Shown here: positions 45,436 through 56,179 of the stretch, in pieces
Position numbering within the stretch: the stretch's first letter is position 1
Layout of the letters: every line of letters begins with the position of its first letter
Origin: an uncultured Candidatus Saccharibacteria bacterium
Lineage (GTDB): Bacteria > Patescibacteriota > Minisyncoccia > Portnoybacterales > UBA2143
Assembly (NCBI GenBank): GCA_964594155.1
Contig: CAZQLH010000001.1
Location: 1,448-65,447, forward strand
Length of the DNA: 64,000 nucleotides
Direction of reading: 5' to 3'
Translations under genes and position numbers: made by a program
Notes under the pieces: model-generated
Databases searched by the model: none
Told to the model about the DNA's origin: nothing
What the model saw: only the letters and a program-made list of their open reading frames with translations

Positions 45436-46302
45436 TTATAAATACTCGTCAAGCGGGAACTTTTTTGTTCCAGTAACAAAGATTTGGCGAAGTTCTTTTA
45501 GAGCTGCTTTTTCAGATAACCTAATTGCTTCTCTAGTGATTTTGAATTCTTCTCCTATTTCTCTTAATGTATGATTTTCTTCAATTCCGATTCCAAAGCG
45601 CATTCTTAAGATTCTTTCTCTTCTTGCAGAGACATAACACAGCATTTGGCGAATTTTTAGCTTAAGCTGTTTTGTGTAAAGAATATTTTCAGGATCATGT
45701 TTGCTGTCTTTTGTTAAAAATCTTTTTACAGTGAATTTATCAGAATTATTTCGGTTTTTTCTTCCAGATATAGGCGTATTTTCAGAAATGCATCGCGTTT
45801 CTTGGATTTTTGCCATTATTTTTTTTGCTTTTTCAATAGGTTTTCCAGTTTTAACTGCTGTTTCTTCAAAAAAAGGCAGTTCATTGTTTTTTTGAATCAT
45901 TTGATTCTTTGTTTTATTGTAATTGCTAATCCAATTGATTATATTGATTGGCAATTCAATAATCAGGTTTTGCTTATATTGCGTTCTAATAATTTCTGCT
46001 TTAATCCAATATTGAGCGTAAAAGGAAAATTTTTTTCTTTTTTTAGGATCAAACTTATCAATTGCTTTTATAAGCCCTATATTTCCTTCTTGGATTAAAT
46101 CCCATAAATCCAGAATGCCAAAATAATATTTTTTAGCTATTTTAATCACTGATTTTAGATTTGAATTGATTAGCTTGGTTTTGGCTTTCTCGTCTCCATT
46201 TTCTTTTATTTTTTTAATCAGTTCAATTTCTTCTTTTTTGCTTAAATAAGGAAAAGAATGAACTTTGCTAATGTATTTTCTTAATTCTTCTCTATGCTCC
46301 AT
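45436..46302 (-). CDS. sigma-70 family RNA polymerase sigma factor (short; regions 2 and 4)
   Basis: Region 2 [31 protein letters not shown]; region 4 TLREIGEEFKITREAIRLSEKAALKELR. Confidence 0.8.
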   Translation of the reverse strand: MEHREELRKYISKVHSFPYLSKKEEIELIKKIKENGDEKAKTKLINSNLKSVIKIAKKYYFGILDLWDLIQEGNIGLIKAIDKFDPKKRKKFSFYAQYWIKAEIIRTQYKQNLIIELPINIINWISNYNKTKNQMIQKNNELPFFEETAVKTGKPIEKAKKIMAKIQETRCISENTPISGRKNRNNSDKFTVKRFLTKDSKHDPENILYTKQLKLKIRQMLCYVSARRERILRMRFGIGIEENHTLREIGEEFKITREAIRLSEKAALKELRQIFVTGTKKFPLDEYL

Positions 46303-46564
46303 TTTTGTTCACCTCCTTTTTTATTTATTTGATTGTTAAATAACTTATTCTTATTTAATTAAAGTATAATATTTTTTGAATGTTTTTACAATAAAACAAG
46401 GAGCTTGATTTGAAATAAAGTTTAGATTAATTTTATTTTCTGGATAATTATAATCCAGGAGTATGTTTTTAAAATATTGACTTATTTTTTTTAATATAAT
46501 ATAGTATTATAAAATAAATTTACGCAGTGTTTTTTAACATTTTTTAACTATAAAGGAGGAAAAG

Positions 46565-46792
46565 ATGGCGGAAAAATGTGTGGCTTGCGGGTTTAGACTT
46601 GATGGATTGGTTACCTTGGGAGGGACCTTAAGGCTTTATTATGGAAACAAAGGGTCTTCAAAAAAAGAGGTTGTTACCGTTGATTTTTCAGATATGGCAT
46701 GCAGCAGCCAATGTGTTTTAGAAAGAATCAGAGAAGCTCTAAATAATACTGATTTGCCAAAAGAATCGCCGGTTTTTGCAAAACAGTTATAA
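46565..46792 (+). CDS. small zinc-ribbon-like protein (75 aa)
   Basis: CVAC .. CSSQC; good RBS AAAGGAGGA. Confidence 0.5.
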   Translation: MAEKCVACGFRLDGLVTLGGTLRLYYGNKGSSKKEVVTVDFSDMACSSQCVLERIREALNNTDLPKESPVFAKQL

Positions 46793-46810
46793 TACAAATT
46801 AACAAGAGAG

Positions 46811-46846
46811 AAGAGGAGAAAATATTTCCTCTTCTTTTTTTTAAAA
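46811..46846 (+). terminator. intrinsic terminator
   Basis: agaagaggagaaaatatttcctcttc plus a T-run. Confidence 0.7.
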
Positions 46847-46881
46847 AAATTTGGTAGAATTAGATTATTAAGATAAAGATT

Positions 46882-47634
46882 ATGTCTGATTATTATAAGG
46901 CGAAAAGAACATACGGGCTTTTTAATCCTAATACAGGAAGATATTTTAAATTGAGCAGATCTAAAATAGATCTTTTTATAAGCTGTCCTCGGTGTTTTTA
47001 TATAGACCGCAAATTAGGGGTTAATCGGCCGCCTATGTTTCCATATACTCTTAATTCAGCAGTAGATGCTTTGCTTAAGAAAGAATTTGATGTTCATCGT
47101 GCTGAAAACAAAGCTCATCCGATGATGGAGCATTATAATATAAATGCTGTTCCTTTTCAGCATGAAAAAATGAATGATTGGCGCAATACGTTTGTTGGCG
47201 TTCAATATCTGCACCAGCCAACTAATTTTTTGGTTTTTGGCGCTATTGATGATATTTGGATTAATCCCCAAAAAGAATTAATGATTGTTGACTATAAGTC
47301 CACAGCTAAAGCAGGGGAGATAAATTTAGATGCTGATTGGCAGATTGGATATAAGAGGCAGATGGAGATTTATCAATGGCTTTTTAGAAAAAATGACTTT
47401 AATGTTTCTAATACAGGCTATTTTGTCTATGCTAACGGCAAAAGAGACAAAGAAGCTTTTGACAAAAAACTAGAATTTGACGTATATGTTCTGCCATATG
47501 ATGGCAATGATGATTGGGTGGAAAAAGCAATTACCGACGCTTATAAGTGTTTAATGGGCAATAAGATACCTGAAGCAGATAAAGATTGTGATTATTGTAA
47601 TTATCGCGAAGCAGTTAAAGATGTGGAAAAATAA
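46882..47634 (+). CDS. PD-(D/E)XK nuclease, Cas4/RecB-like with Cys cluster (DUF83-type)
   Basis: IDDIW..IVDYKS (D..[DE]xK); QxxxY (QMEIYQWLF); Cys at the N-terminus (CPRC) and C-terminus (C..CDYC). Confidence 0.65.
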   Translation: MSDYYKAKRTYGLFNPNTGRYFKLSRSKIDLFISCPRCFYIDRKLGVNRPPMFPYTLNSAVDALLKKEFDVHRAENKAHPMMEHYNINAVPFQHEKMNDWRNTFVGVQYLHQPTNFLVFGAIDDIWINPQKELMIVDYKSTAKAGEINLDADWQIGYKRQMEIYQWLFRKNDFNVSNTGYFVYANGKRDKEAFDKKLEFDVYVLPYDGNDDWVEKAITDAYKCLMGNKIPEADKDCDYCNYREAVKDVEK

Positions 47635-47864
47635 TGTTGATTAAAGTAAAAGTTTTTCCAGATGCTGGAAAACAAGAAATAATTAAAAAAAACCAAGATA
47701 GTTTTGAAATTTGGGTTAAAGAAAAACCTATTCAAGGCCAAGCTAATCAAGCTGTAATCAGCGCATTAGCTGGTTATTTAAGAATTCCTCGCGCAAACAT
47801 CAGATTAATTAAAGGATTTAAGCAAAGGAATAAGATTTTTGAAATAAATGAATCTAATAATTGA
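47634..47864 (+). CDS. DUF167/YggU-family protein
   Basis: KVKVFPDAGKQEI..GQANQAVISALAGYL pattern. Confidence 0.6.
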   Translation: MLIKVKVFPDAGKQEIIKKNQDSFEIWVKEKPIQGQANQAVISALAGYLRIPRANIRLIKGFKQRNKIFEINESNN

Positions 47865-48099
47865 TCTATCAAAAAAAGAACCTTGTTTGGTTTTAAAGCA
47901 GGGAAATAAGGAAATTGTCAGACATTGCTGGGCTGGCCTTTATCAATTAAGCGAGACATTGATTTTAGAAATTGACAAGTTTTTAAAAAAAAGTAAGATT
48001 AAATTAGATGATATTAAAAAGATTAAAGTTATTCCTAGCAAGGAATCAATAGTTAGCAATAGGATTGCTAAAGCTATAGCTTTAGGATTGAAAGTTTAG
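47848..48099 (+). CDS. hypothetical protein (83 aa)
   Basis: ORF only. Confidence 0.4.
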   Translation: MNLIIDLSKKEPCLVLKQGNKEIVRHCWAGLYQLSETLILEIDKFLKKSKIKLDDIKKIKVIPSKESIVSNRIAKAIALGLKV

Positions 48100-48172
48100 C
48101 AAAAAAGGAGGGCCAAGCCATAAGGGTTTGGTCTTATTAGTTTTTTGACAATATATAAAAAAGGAAATGATT

Positions 48173-48895
48173 ATGAAACCGAATGACAGGATTATTACAG
48201 ATCAAAAAAGCGTAATTGTGTCGGCTGATGTTTCAGAGCTTGGCGGATTAGAATATTTAATCCAAAATATTAAAGGAGTTCTGGGAATCAAAGGAATTAA
48301 GATTGGATTTAGAATGGCGTTTCAGGGTATTAAAAAGGCAGTCCATATAATTAATAAATACAATTTTAATATGCCTGTTATTTACGACCATCAAAAAGCT
48401 GGAAATGACATTCCGGCAATGGGCAAGGGTTTTGCCGAAGATCTAAAAGGTGCTGGCGTAACCGCGGCAATTCTTTTTCCTTTTGCCGGGCCAGATACCC
48501 AGGAAATGTGGACAAGGGCATGTTTTGACGCCGGGCTTCAAGTTTTAACCGGCGGGATAATGACTCATCCCAAGTTTTTATCCAGCGAAGGCGGCTATAT
48601 TGCCGATGACGTTCCTGAAAGAATATTTCGTTTTGCTTGTCAGCTTGGTGTTAAGCATTTTGTAGTTCCGGGAAATAAGCTGCATTGGGTAAAGTATTTA
48701 CGGAGTATTCTTGTCCGGGAGCTTGGCGAAGATAATTTTGTTCTTTACGCGCCTGGCTTTATCGATCAAGGCGGCAACATTAACGAATGCGCGGCAATTG
48801 CCGGCAAAGAATGGCATGCTATTGTGGGCTCAGCGATTTATAAGGCGAAAAATATCCGGCAAGCCGCTATTACAGTAACTCAACAGATTATCTGA
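48173..48895 (+). CDS. orotidine-5'-phosphate decarboxylase-like protein
   Basis: DHQKAGNDIP resembles the OMPDC K..DIP active-site motif. Adjacent to a PRTase gene. Confidence 0.45.
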   Translation: MKPNDRIITDQKSVIVSADVSELGGLEYLIQNIKGVLGIKGIKIGFRMAFQGIKKAVHIINKYNFNMPVIYDHQKAGNDIPAMGKGFAEDLKGAGVTAAILFPFAGPDTQEMWTRACFDAGLQVLTGGIMTHPKFLSSEGGYIADDVPERIFRFACQLGVKHFVVPGNKLHWVKYLRSILVRELGEDNFVLYAPGFIDQGGNINECAAIAGKEWHAIVGSAIYKAKNIRQAAITVTQQII

Positions 48896-48913
48896 TTTTA
48901 AGGAGGTGAGATT

Positions 48914-49627
48914 GTGAGTAAAAAGGATAAATTCATAAAAGAATCAGGCGCTATTGCTGAAGGTCATTTTGTATATAAGGCGGGCTGGGCTCATGGAAAC
49001 CTTTATATTAATAAGGAAAAATTTCCAAAAATGGGATCAATAAAATTATCAAATCTTATTCGGCAAGCAGGATATAATGCCTTGGTTTTGGGTCTGGAGT
49101 TTGGAGAAGCAAAAGAAATAGGGATTATTGGTCCGGCTTATGGAGCTATTCCATTCAGCTTAACATTAGCTGCGTACTTTGAAGAACAAAGGCCTGATAT
49201 TTTATTTTATCCTGCCCGTACCGAGCTTGTTAAAAATGAAAAAGGCAGGAATGTCCATATTATTCCAGATAAGTTGTTAGAAGATTATCAAAACAGCGCT
49301 TTTATCGTATTTGAGGATATTGTTAATAACGGCACCACAATCAGGGAAGTAGCCGAGCTTTTCAGAAAAAAAGCCGATTCAAGAATTATAGCCGCGATTT
49401 GTTTTGTGGATAGAACCGGCCACACGCCTAAATCATTGGGAATAGAACAACATCATCCTTATTTTGTGAAAAAGATGGAACAATATGATATTCGGCAAAA
49501 ACCATGCCCGCAATGCCAGGCAGGAATTCCTATTACTACTGATATTGGCAAAGGCAAAGAATGGGTAGCGATGTTTGGACATCCGCCTTATTCTGATGAT
49601 GTTGATTTCTCAGCATTCTGGGCATAA
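48914..49627 (+). CDS. phosphoribosyltransferase (orotate PRTase-like)
   Basis: PRPP-binding IVFEDIVNNGTTI. GTG start after AAGGAGGTG. Confidence 0.6.
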   Translation: MSKKDKFIKESGAIAEGHFVYKAGWAHGNLYINKEKFPKMGSIKLSNLIRQAGYNALVLGLEFGEAKEIGIIGPAYGAIPFSLTLAAYFEEQRPDILFYPARTELVKNEKGRNVHIIPDKLLEDYQNSAFIVFEDIVNNGTTIREVAELFRKKADSRIIAAICFVDRTGHTPKSLGIEQHHPYFVKKMEQYDIRQKPCPQCQAGIPITTDIGKGKEWVAMFGHPPYSDDVDFSAFWA

Positions 49628-49722
49628 AAACGGAGGAAATTATTAATAAAAAGGCATTTGATTCTGGATTAACCGGGATTAAACGCCTTTTTTATTTGTT
49701 AGAGATAAGGTATGATAAAATC

Positions 49723-50700
49723 ATGGCTTTGCTAAGCTTAGAAAAATCTATTTTATCTACTTTAGTGTATTATGATGTATTGGATCGGCCTTTGACTGGC
49801 TGGGAGGTTTTTAAGTATTTAATTAAAGGAAAATCTAATATTAAAGAAATTAAATTAAATAATGTTTTAGAAGCTTTAGAAAATAATCAAGAATTAGCCA
49901 AGTTTATTAATCAAAAAAACGGGTTGTATTTTTTAAAAAACAGGGGAAGTATTACTAAAAAGAGAATTGAACGCCAGAAAATATCTGATCAGAAAAGAAA
50001 GAAGGTTAAACAAATAGTTAAATTTATTCAAGTAATTCCTTTTGTTCGTTCAATAATGGTAAGCGGTTCCTTAGCCATGAATAACACTAAGGAAGAATCA
50101 GATATTGATTTATTGATTGTTGCTAAAGCAGGCAGAATTTGGACTTGCAGGGGATTAATAACTTTATTCATCCATCTTATTGGCCAGCGTCGCCATAGCA
50201 ATTTAACAAAAGACAGATTTTGCCTTAATCACTATATTGCTGATAAATCTTTAAAAATTCCTTTTCAAAGCTTATACAATGCCCAGACCTATGTTCATTT
50301 AATTCCTTTTTGGCAAGCTGAATCAGGTTTAGATAATAAGTTTCAAAAATCAAACCAATGGATTAAAGATTATCTATTTTTTTATTCGGACAATAAAGGA
50401 GGGTATTTAAAAACAGTAAAAGATAATCAATTTTTTAATTCTGTAAGAAAATTCAAGGAATCTATTCTTGACAGAAGAATAGGTAATATTATAGAATTTC
50501 TTTTTAAAAGATTTCAAGAAAAAAGAATTAAAAAAGATCCTTTGACATATCAAGCAGGCGGCAGAGTTATTTTTAATGATCAGCAATTAGAATTTCATCC
50601 TGATTCGCCGGAAAAATGGATTTTAGAGAAATATAATGATAAGATGAAAAAATTGGGCTTTCCTGAATTAGGACAAGAAGCAGATTCAGGATTGATTTAA
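49723..50700 (+). CDS. nucleotidyltransferase-domain protein
   Basis: Pol-beta-like GS..DIDLLIV motif. Confidence 0.55.
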   Translation: MALLSLEKSILSTLVYYDVLDRPLTGWEVFKYLIKGKSNIKEIKLNNVLEALENNQELAKFINQKNGLYFLKNRGSITKKRIERQKISDQKRKKVKQIVKFIQVIPFVRSIMVSGSLAMNNTKEESDIDLLIVAKAGRIWTCRGLITLFIHLIGQRRHSNLTKDRFCLNHYIADKSLKIPFQSLYNAQTYVHLIPFWQAESGLDNKFQKSNQWIKDYLFFYSDNKGGYLKTVKDNQFFNSVRKFKESILDRRIGNIIEFLFKRFQEKRIKKDPLTYQAGGRVIFNDQQLEFHPDSPEKWILEKYNDKMKKLGFPELGQEADSGLI

Positions 50701-50814
50701 GTGTTGACAGTTTTAATATATTTAGTTAAGATATAAAAAAGAAGCAAAAGTATTAAATAATGAACAATATTTTTTTATTGTTTTTTGTTTACTGCTTTCT
50801 GTTTATTAAATATT

Positions 50815-51093
50815 ATGAATATTAAACCATTAGCAGACAGGGTTCTAATTGAACCAATTTCAGTTGAAGAAAAAACAAAATCAGGCATTATTATACCTGA
50901 TACAGTAGATAAAGAGAAATCAGAGCAAGGTAAAATAGTTGCAGTTGGCCCAGGCAAGCCTGATAAGCAAATGACCGTAAAAAAGGGCGATATTGTCTTG
51001 TTTACTAAATACGGACCAAATGAAATTAAAATTGATAATAAAGAATATTTAATTGCCAGAGAAGAAGATATTCTGGCTATTTTGGAAAAATAA
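50815..51093 (+). CDS. groES: co-chaperonin GroES
   Basis: MNIKPLADRVLIEP start. Confidence 0.9.
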   Translation: MNIKPLADRVLIEPISVEEKTKSGIIIPDTVDKEKSEQGKIVAVGPGKPDKQMTVKKGDIVLFTKYGPNEIKIDNKEYLIAREEDILAILEK

Positions 51094-52752
<1,659 letters not shown>

Positions 52753-52770
52753 GAATTGATTATTTAATTA

Positions 52771-52800
52771 AAACAGCCCTGATATTGCGTTAGGGCTGTT
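52771..52800 (+). terminator. intrinsic terminator after groEL
   Basis: cagccct-gatattgcgtt-agggctg plus a T-run. Confidence 0.75.
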
Positions 52801-52838
52801 TTTTGTTTATAATTAAAAGTGAAAGGAGAAATAATAAT

Positions 52839-53390
52839 ATGATATTTTTATGGATTTTTATAGGTATAGTTGTTGTTATAGCTTTATGGCTAATAGCAGT
52901 TTATAATATCCTAATTAAGTTAAAAAACAGGACTGATGAGGCCTGGTCAGATATAGACGTCCAATTAAAAAGGCGCTATGATTTAATTCCTAATTTAATC
53001 AGCGCGGTTAAAGGCTATGCCCAGCACGAAAAAGAGCTTTTTGAGAAAGTAACCCAAGCTCGTACTGCAGCTATGGGAGCTCAAGGTCCAGCAGATAAAT
53101 CTCAAGCAGAAAACATGCTGGCTGGCGCTTTAAAATCCTTATTTGCCGTGGCAGAAAATTATCCTGATCTTAAAGCTAATGAAAACTTCTTAGAGCTGCA
53201 AAAAGAATTAAGCGATACAGAGAATAAGATTCAAGCATCTCGAAGATTCTATAATGGCAATGTGCGTGATTTCAACATTAAGATTGAGATATTTCCTAAT
53301 AATTTAGTTGCTGGAATGCTTAATTTTGCTAAAAGAGATTTCTTTGAAATTGAAGAAGGAGAGAAAGAGCTGGTTAAAGCAAAATTTTAA
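52839..53390 (+). CDS. LemA-family protein
   Basis: N-terminal TM and LemA core; GAAAGGAGA RBS. Confidence 0.8.
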   Translation: MIFLWIFIGIVVVIALWLIAVYNILIKLKNRTDEAWSDIDVQLKRRYDLIPNLISAVKGYAQHEKELFEKVTQARTAAMGAQGPADKSQAENMLAGALKSLFAVAENYPDLKANENFLELQKELSDTENKIQASRRFYNGNVRDFNIKIEIFPNNLVAGMLNFAKRDFFEIEEGEKELVKAKF

Positions 53391-53398
53391 ATTAAATA

Positions 53399-54289
53399 AT
53401 GGCCACCTTATATACTCAAAAAGATAAAAATATCCGCAGGACTTGGATGTTAATTACTTTTTTTCTGATATTCATTATTGCTTTAGGCTGGGTTTTTTCT
53501 TATCAATTTAACAGTCCAATCATCTTAATTATTGCGGTGGTTTTTAGCACAGTAACAAGCTTTGCTTCTTATTGGTATTCAGATAAGATTGTTTTAGCAA
53601 TGAGCCATGCAAAAGAAGTTAAGCATGATCAAAATCCAGATCTTTATCATTTAGTAGAAAATCTTTGTATTACTGCTGGCTTGCCATTGCCTAAAATATA
53701 TATTATTAATGAAAGCGCGCCTAATGCTTTTGCTACTGGCCGTGATCCAGAACATGCAGTTATAGCAATAACTAGGGGATTATTAGAAAAGTTAGATCGT
53801 TCTGAATTAGAAGGCGTTTTAGCTCATGAATTAAGCCATATTGGCAACAGAGATATTCTTTTGCAAACAGTAGTAGTTATTTTAGTTGGCTTAGTGGCTT
53901 TGCTTTCTGATTGGTTTTTACGTTGGAGTTTCTTTGGACGAAAAAGCAATGATAAAGATACTGGCCAATTAGGAACAATAATGGCTGTAATTGGAATTAT
54001 TTTAGCAATTTTATCGCCATTGATTGCTGTTTTAATTCAAATGTCTGTTTCTAGAAAAAGAGAGTTTTTAGCTGATGCTAGCGGCGCCTTATTAACCCGT
54101 TATCCAGAAGGATTAGCCAAAGCTTTAGAAAAGATTTCTCAAGACCAGACACCATTAAAGGTGGCTAATAAGGCTACGGCGCATATGTATATTACTAATC
54201 CTTTTAGAGGCAAGAAAATTAGTAAAATGTTTATGACTCATCCTCCAACTGAAGAACGAATAAAATCTTTACGCGGGATGGATGTATAA
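53399..54289 (+). CDS. htpX: M48-family zinc protease HtpX
   Basis: HELSHI (HExxH) and 4 TM segments. Confidence 0.85.
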   Translation: MATLYTQKDKNIRRTWMLITFFLIFIIALGWVFSYQFNSPIILIIAVVFSTVTSFASYWYSDKIVLAMSHAKEVKHDQNPDLYHLVENLCITAGLPLPKIYIINESAPNAFATGRDPEHAVIAITRGLLEKLDRSELEGVLAHELSHIGNRDILLQTVVVILVGLVALLSDWFLRWSFFGRKSNDKDTGQLGTIMAVIGIILAILSPLIAVLIQMSVSRKREFLADASGALLTRYPEGLAKALEKISQDQTPLKVANKATAHMYITNPFRGKKISKMFMTHPPTEERIKSLRGMDV

Positions 54290-54300
54290 ATTATAAGTTT

Positions 54301-54633
54301 ATGGAAAAGGGTAATTTTGAAAAAGAACCAAAAATTGAAAAACAGGATTTAGAAAATTTTCATCAGGAAATCAGAGAATTAGAAAACAAGGAAATAAGAG
54401 AAAAAGCCGAAAAAGCCGATCCTTATTTTACCAATATGGAAATTAATAAATTAACTGAAGAAGATATGAATATTTGGCATAATTATAAAAAGATGACAAT
54501 AAAAAATATTACTGATGAGGATATTCAGAAATTTGAAAAATACAGAGAAAAGATTGCGAAGAATGACTTAAGCCGCCAATTATTTGCCGGTTTTTTAGCC
54601 AATAAATTGACTAGTCTGTACGACAGAAAATAG
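54301..54633 (+). CDS. hypothetical protein (110 aa)
   Basis: ORF only. Confidence 0.4.
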   Translation: MEKGNFEKEPKIEKQDLENFHQEIRELENKEIREKAEKADPYFTNMEINKLTEEDMNIWHNYKKMTIKNITDEDIQKFEKYREKIAKNDLSRQLFAGFLANKLTSLYDRK

Positions 54634-54682
54634 TTTGTTGAAATAAAGAAAAATCCTAAGTAGCGTTTAATTAGGTTTTCAA

Positions 54683-54769
54683 GGAAGGATGGCTGAGTGG
54701 CCGAAGGCGCTTGCTTGGAGAGCAAGTGTGTCAGCAATGGCACCGTGGGTTCGAATCCCACTCCTTCCG
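54683..54769 (+). tRNA. tRNA-Ser (anticodon GGA), long variable arm, CCA not encoded
   Basis: Acceptor GGAAGGA/TCCTTCC; anticodon stem CTTGC/GCAAG with loop TTGGAGA; T-arm GTGGGTTCGAATCCCAC. 87 nt. Confidence 0.85.
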
Positions 54770-54789
54770 CCGTCAGGGTGGGGTAGATA

Positions 54790-54818
54790 TTGACACTGTT
54801 ATCGCGATACGTTAATAT
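54790..54818 (+). promoter_or_regulatory. promoter TTGACA-17-TAATAT abutting higB start
   Basis: Read directly. The -10 ends 4 nt before the ATG, so a leaderless transcript is possible. Confidence 0.4.
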
Positions 54819-54822
54819 TACT

Positions 54823-55104
54823 ATGATTAAAAGTTTTCAATGTAAAGAAACACAAAAATTATTTAAAAGGGAGTATTCTCATAAAATTTCTCATTCAATA
54901 CAAAAAGTGGCTATGCGCAAACTTTGGATGATAGATGCCGCGACAACGCTTAATGATCTTAGAATACCTCCATCAAATCATCTTGAAAAATTACACGGAA
55001 AGAGAAAAAAACAACATAGTATTCGTATTAATAAACAATGGCGAATATGTTTTATATGGCGTCAAGGCGACGCATATAATGTAGAAATAACTGATTATCA
55101 TTAA
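54823..55104 (+). CDS. higB: HigB-type (RelE/ParE superfamily) toxin
   Basis: MIKSFQCKETQKLF..LHGKRKKQHSIRINKQWRICF..GDAYNVEITDYH matches HigB killer proteins. Confidence 0.75.
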   Translation: MIKSFQCKETQKLFKREYSHKISHSIQKVAMRKLWMIDAATTLNDLRIPPSNHLEKLHGKRKKQHSIRINKQWRICFIWRQGDAYNVEITDYH

Positions 55105-55119
55105 TTAAATATAATTAAT

Positions 55120-55425
55120 ATGGCTAATAAAAAAATACAACCAATTTATCCAGGAGAAATCCTTAAAGAAGAATTTCTAAAGCCGTTTAATATTACGCAA
55201 TATCGTTTAGCAAAAGACATTAGCGTGTCGCCTCGGCGAATAAATGAAATTGTTCATGGAACACGGGCTATTACTGCTGATACCGCGCTTCGTTTAGGCA
55301 GATATTTTGGCGTTTCTCCGCAGTTTTGGCTCAATCTGCAATCGCGCTACGAATTAGAAACACAAGCAGAAAAATTATCCAGCAAACTTCAGAATGAAGT
55401 AAAAATTTTACAGCCCGCAGTTTAG
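55120..55425 (+). CDS. higA: HigA-type HTH (XRE) antitoxin
   Basis: IYPGEILKEEFL..ITQYRLAKDISVSPRRINEIVHG..A.TADTALRLGRYFG. Confidence 0.8.
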   Translation: MANKKIQPIYPGEILKEEFLKPFNITQYRLAKDISVSPRRINEIVHGTRAITADTALRLGRYFGVSPQFWLNLQSRYELETQAEKLSSKLQNEVKILQPAV

Positions 55426-55444
55426 AAAGGCAAATTAAACTAAA

Positions 55445-56179
55445 ATGCTTAGAAAAAGCTTAATAATCCTTATTTCTTTAACTATTCTATTAGGGGTTTT
55501 TGGCTTTGTTCAAGCTGATTCAGATAAAATCTATTTTTACCAGTTAATTAATGTAGATATTGCTGTTAATCCAGACAGCACTTTTGATGTGATTGAGAAG
55601 CAGACATATAATTTATTAGGCAGCTTTGGATATTTTTCGCATAATATTAAATTAAAAGGATTAGACCATATTTCTGATATTGAAGTTTTTAACAGCCAGG
55701 GCAGGAAATTAAACAAAGACGAGTACAAACTTTCGCGTAAGATCGGCCAATGGCATGTTCAATGGAATTTTCCCAGGAAGAATTTTGGACATGAAATTAT
55801 GTCATGGACTATTAAGTACAAGGTTCATGGAGGATTAGGTTTTTTTGATGATTATGACGAGCTTTGCTGGAATGCTATTTTTGCTGACAGAACTGTTCCA
55901 GTGGTTGAAGCTAATGTAATGGTTCATTTGCCAGATGGAGCAAAAATCATTAATCAAAGCGGTAATTTTGATGTTATTGATGATAAAACAATCCGTTTTT
56001 GGGGATACAATATTGAGCCGGGAGAGTTTTTAACTATTATGACTGCTTGGCCTAAAGGAATAGTTGAAAAGCCGTTTCTTTATCGCAATCAGATAATTAA
56101 TTTAATCTTTTTATTAATCGTTTTAATTTTGTCAGTATTTATTATTAAAGCTTATAAAACATGGCTAATTCACCAGTAG
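55445..56179 (+). CDS. hypothetical secreted/membrane-anchored protein
   Basis: N-terminal signal and C-terminal TM. Confidence 0.5.
   Translation: MLRKSLIILISLTILLGVFGFVQADSDKIYFYQLINVDIAVNPDSTFDVIEKQTYNLLGSFGYFSHNIKLKGLDHISDIEVFNSQGRKLNKDEYKLSRKIGQWHVQWNFPRKNFGHEIMSWTIKYKVHGGLGFFDDYDELCWNAIFADRTVPVVEANVMVHLPDGAKIINQSGNFDVIDDKTIRFWGYNIEPGEFLTIMTAWPKGIVEKPFLYRNQIINLIFLLIVLILSVFIIKAYKTWLIHQ

Noticed and set aside
45701-46098. Two + strand ORFs (64 and 98 aa) inside the minus-strand sigma-factor gene
   Set aside because: Antisense to a well-supported CDS; Phe/Cys-rich nonsense translation.
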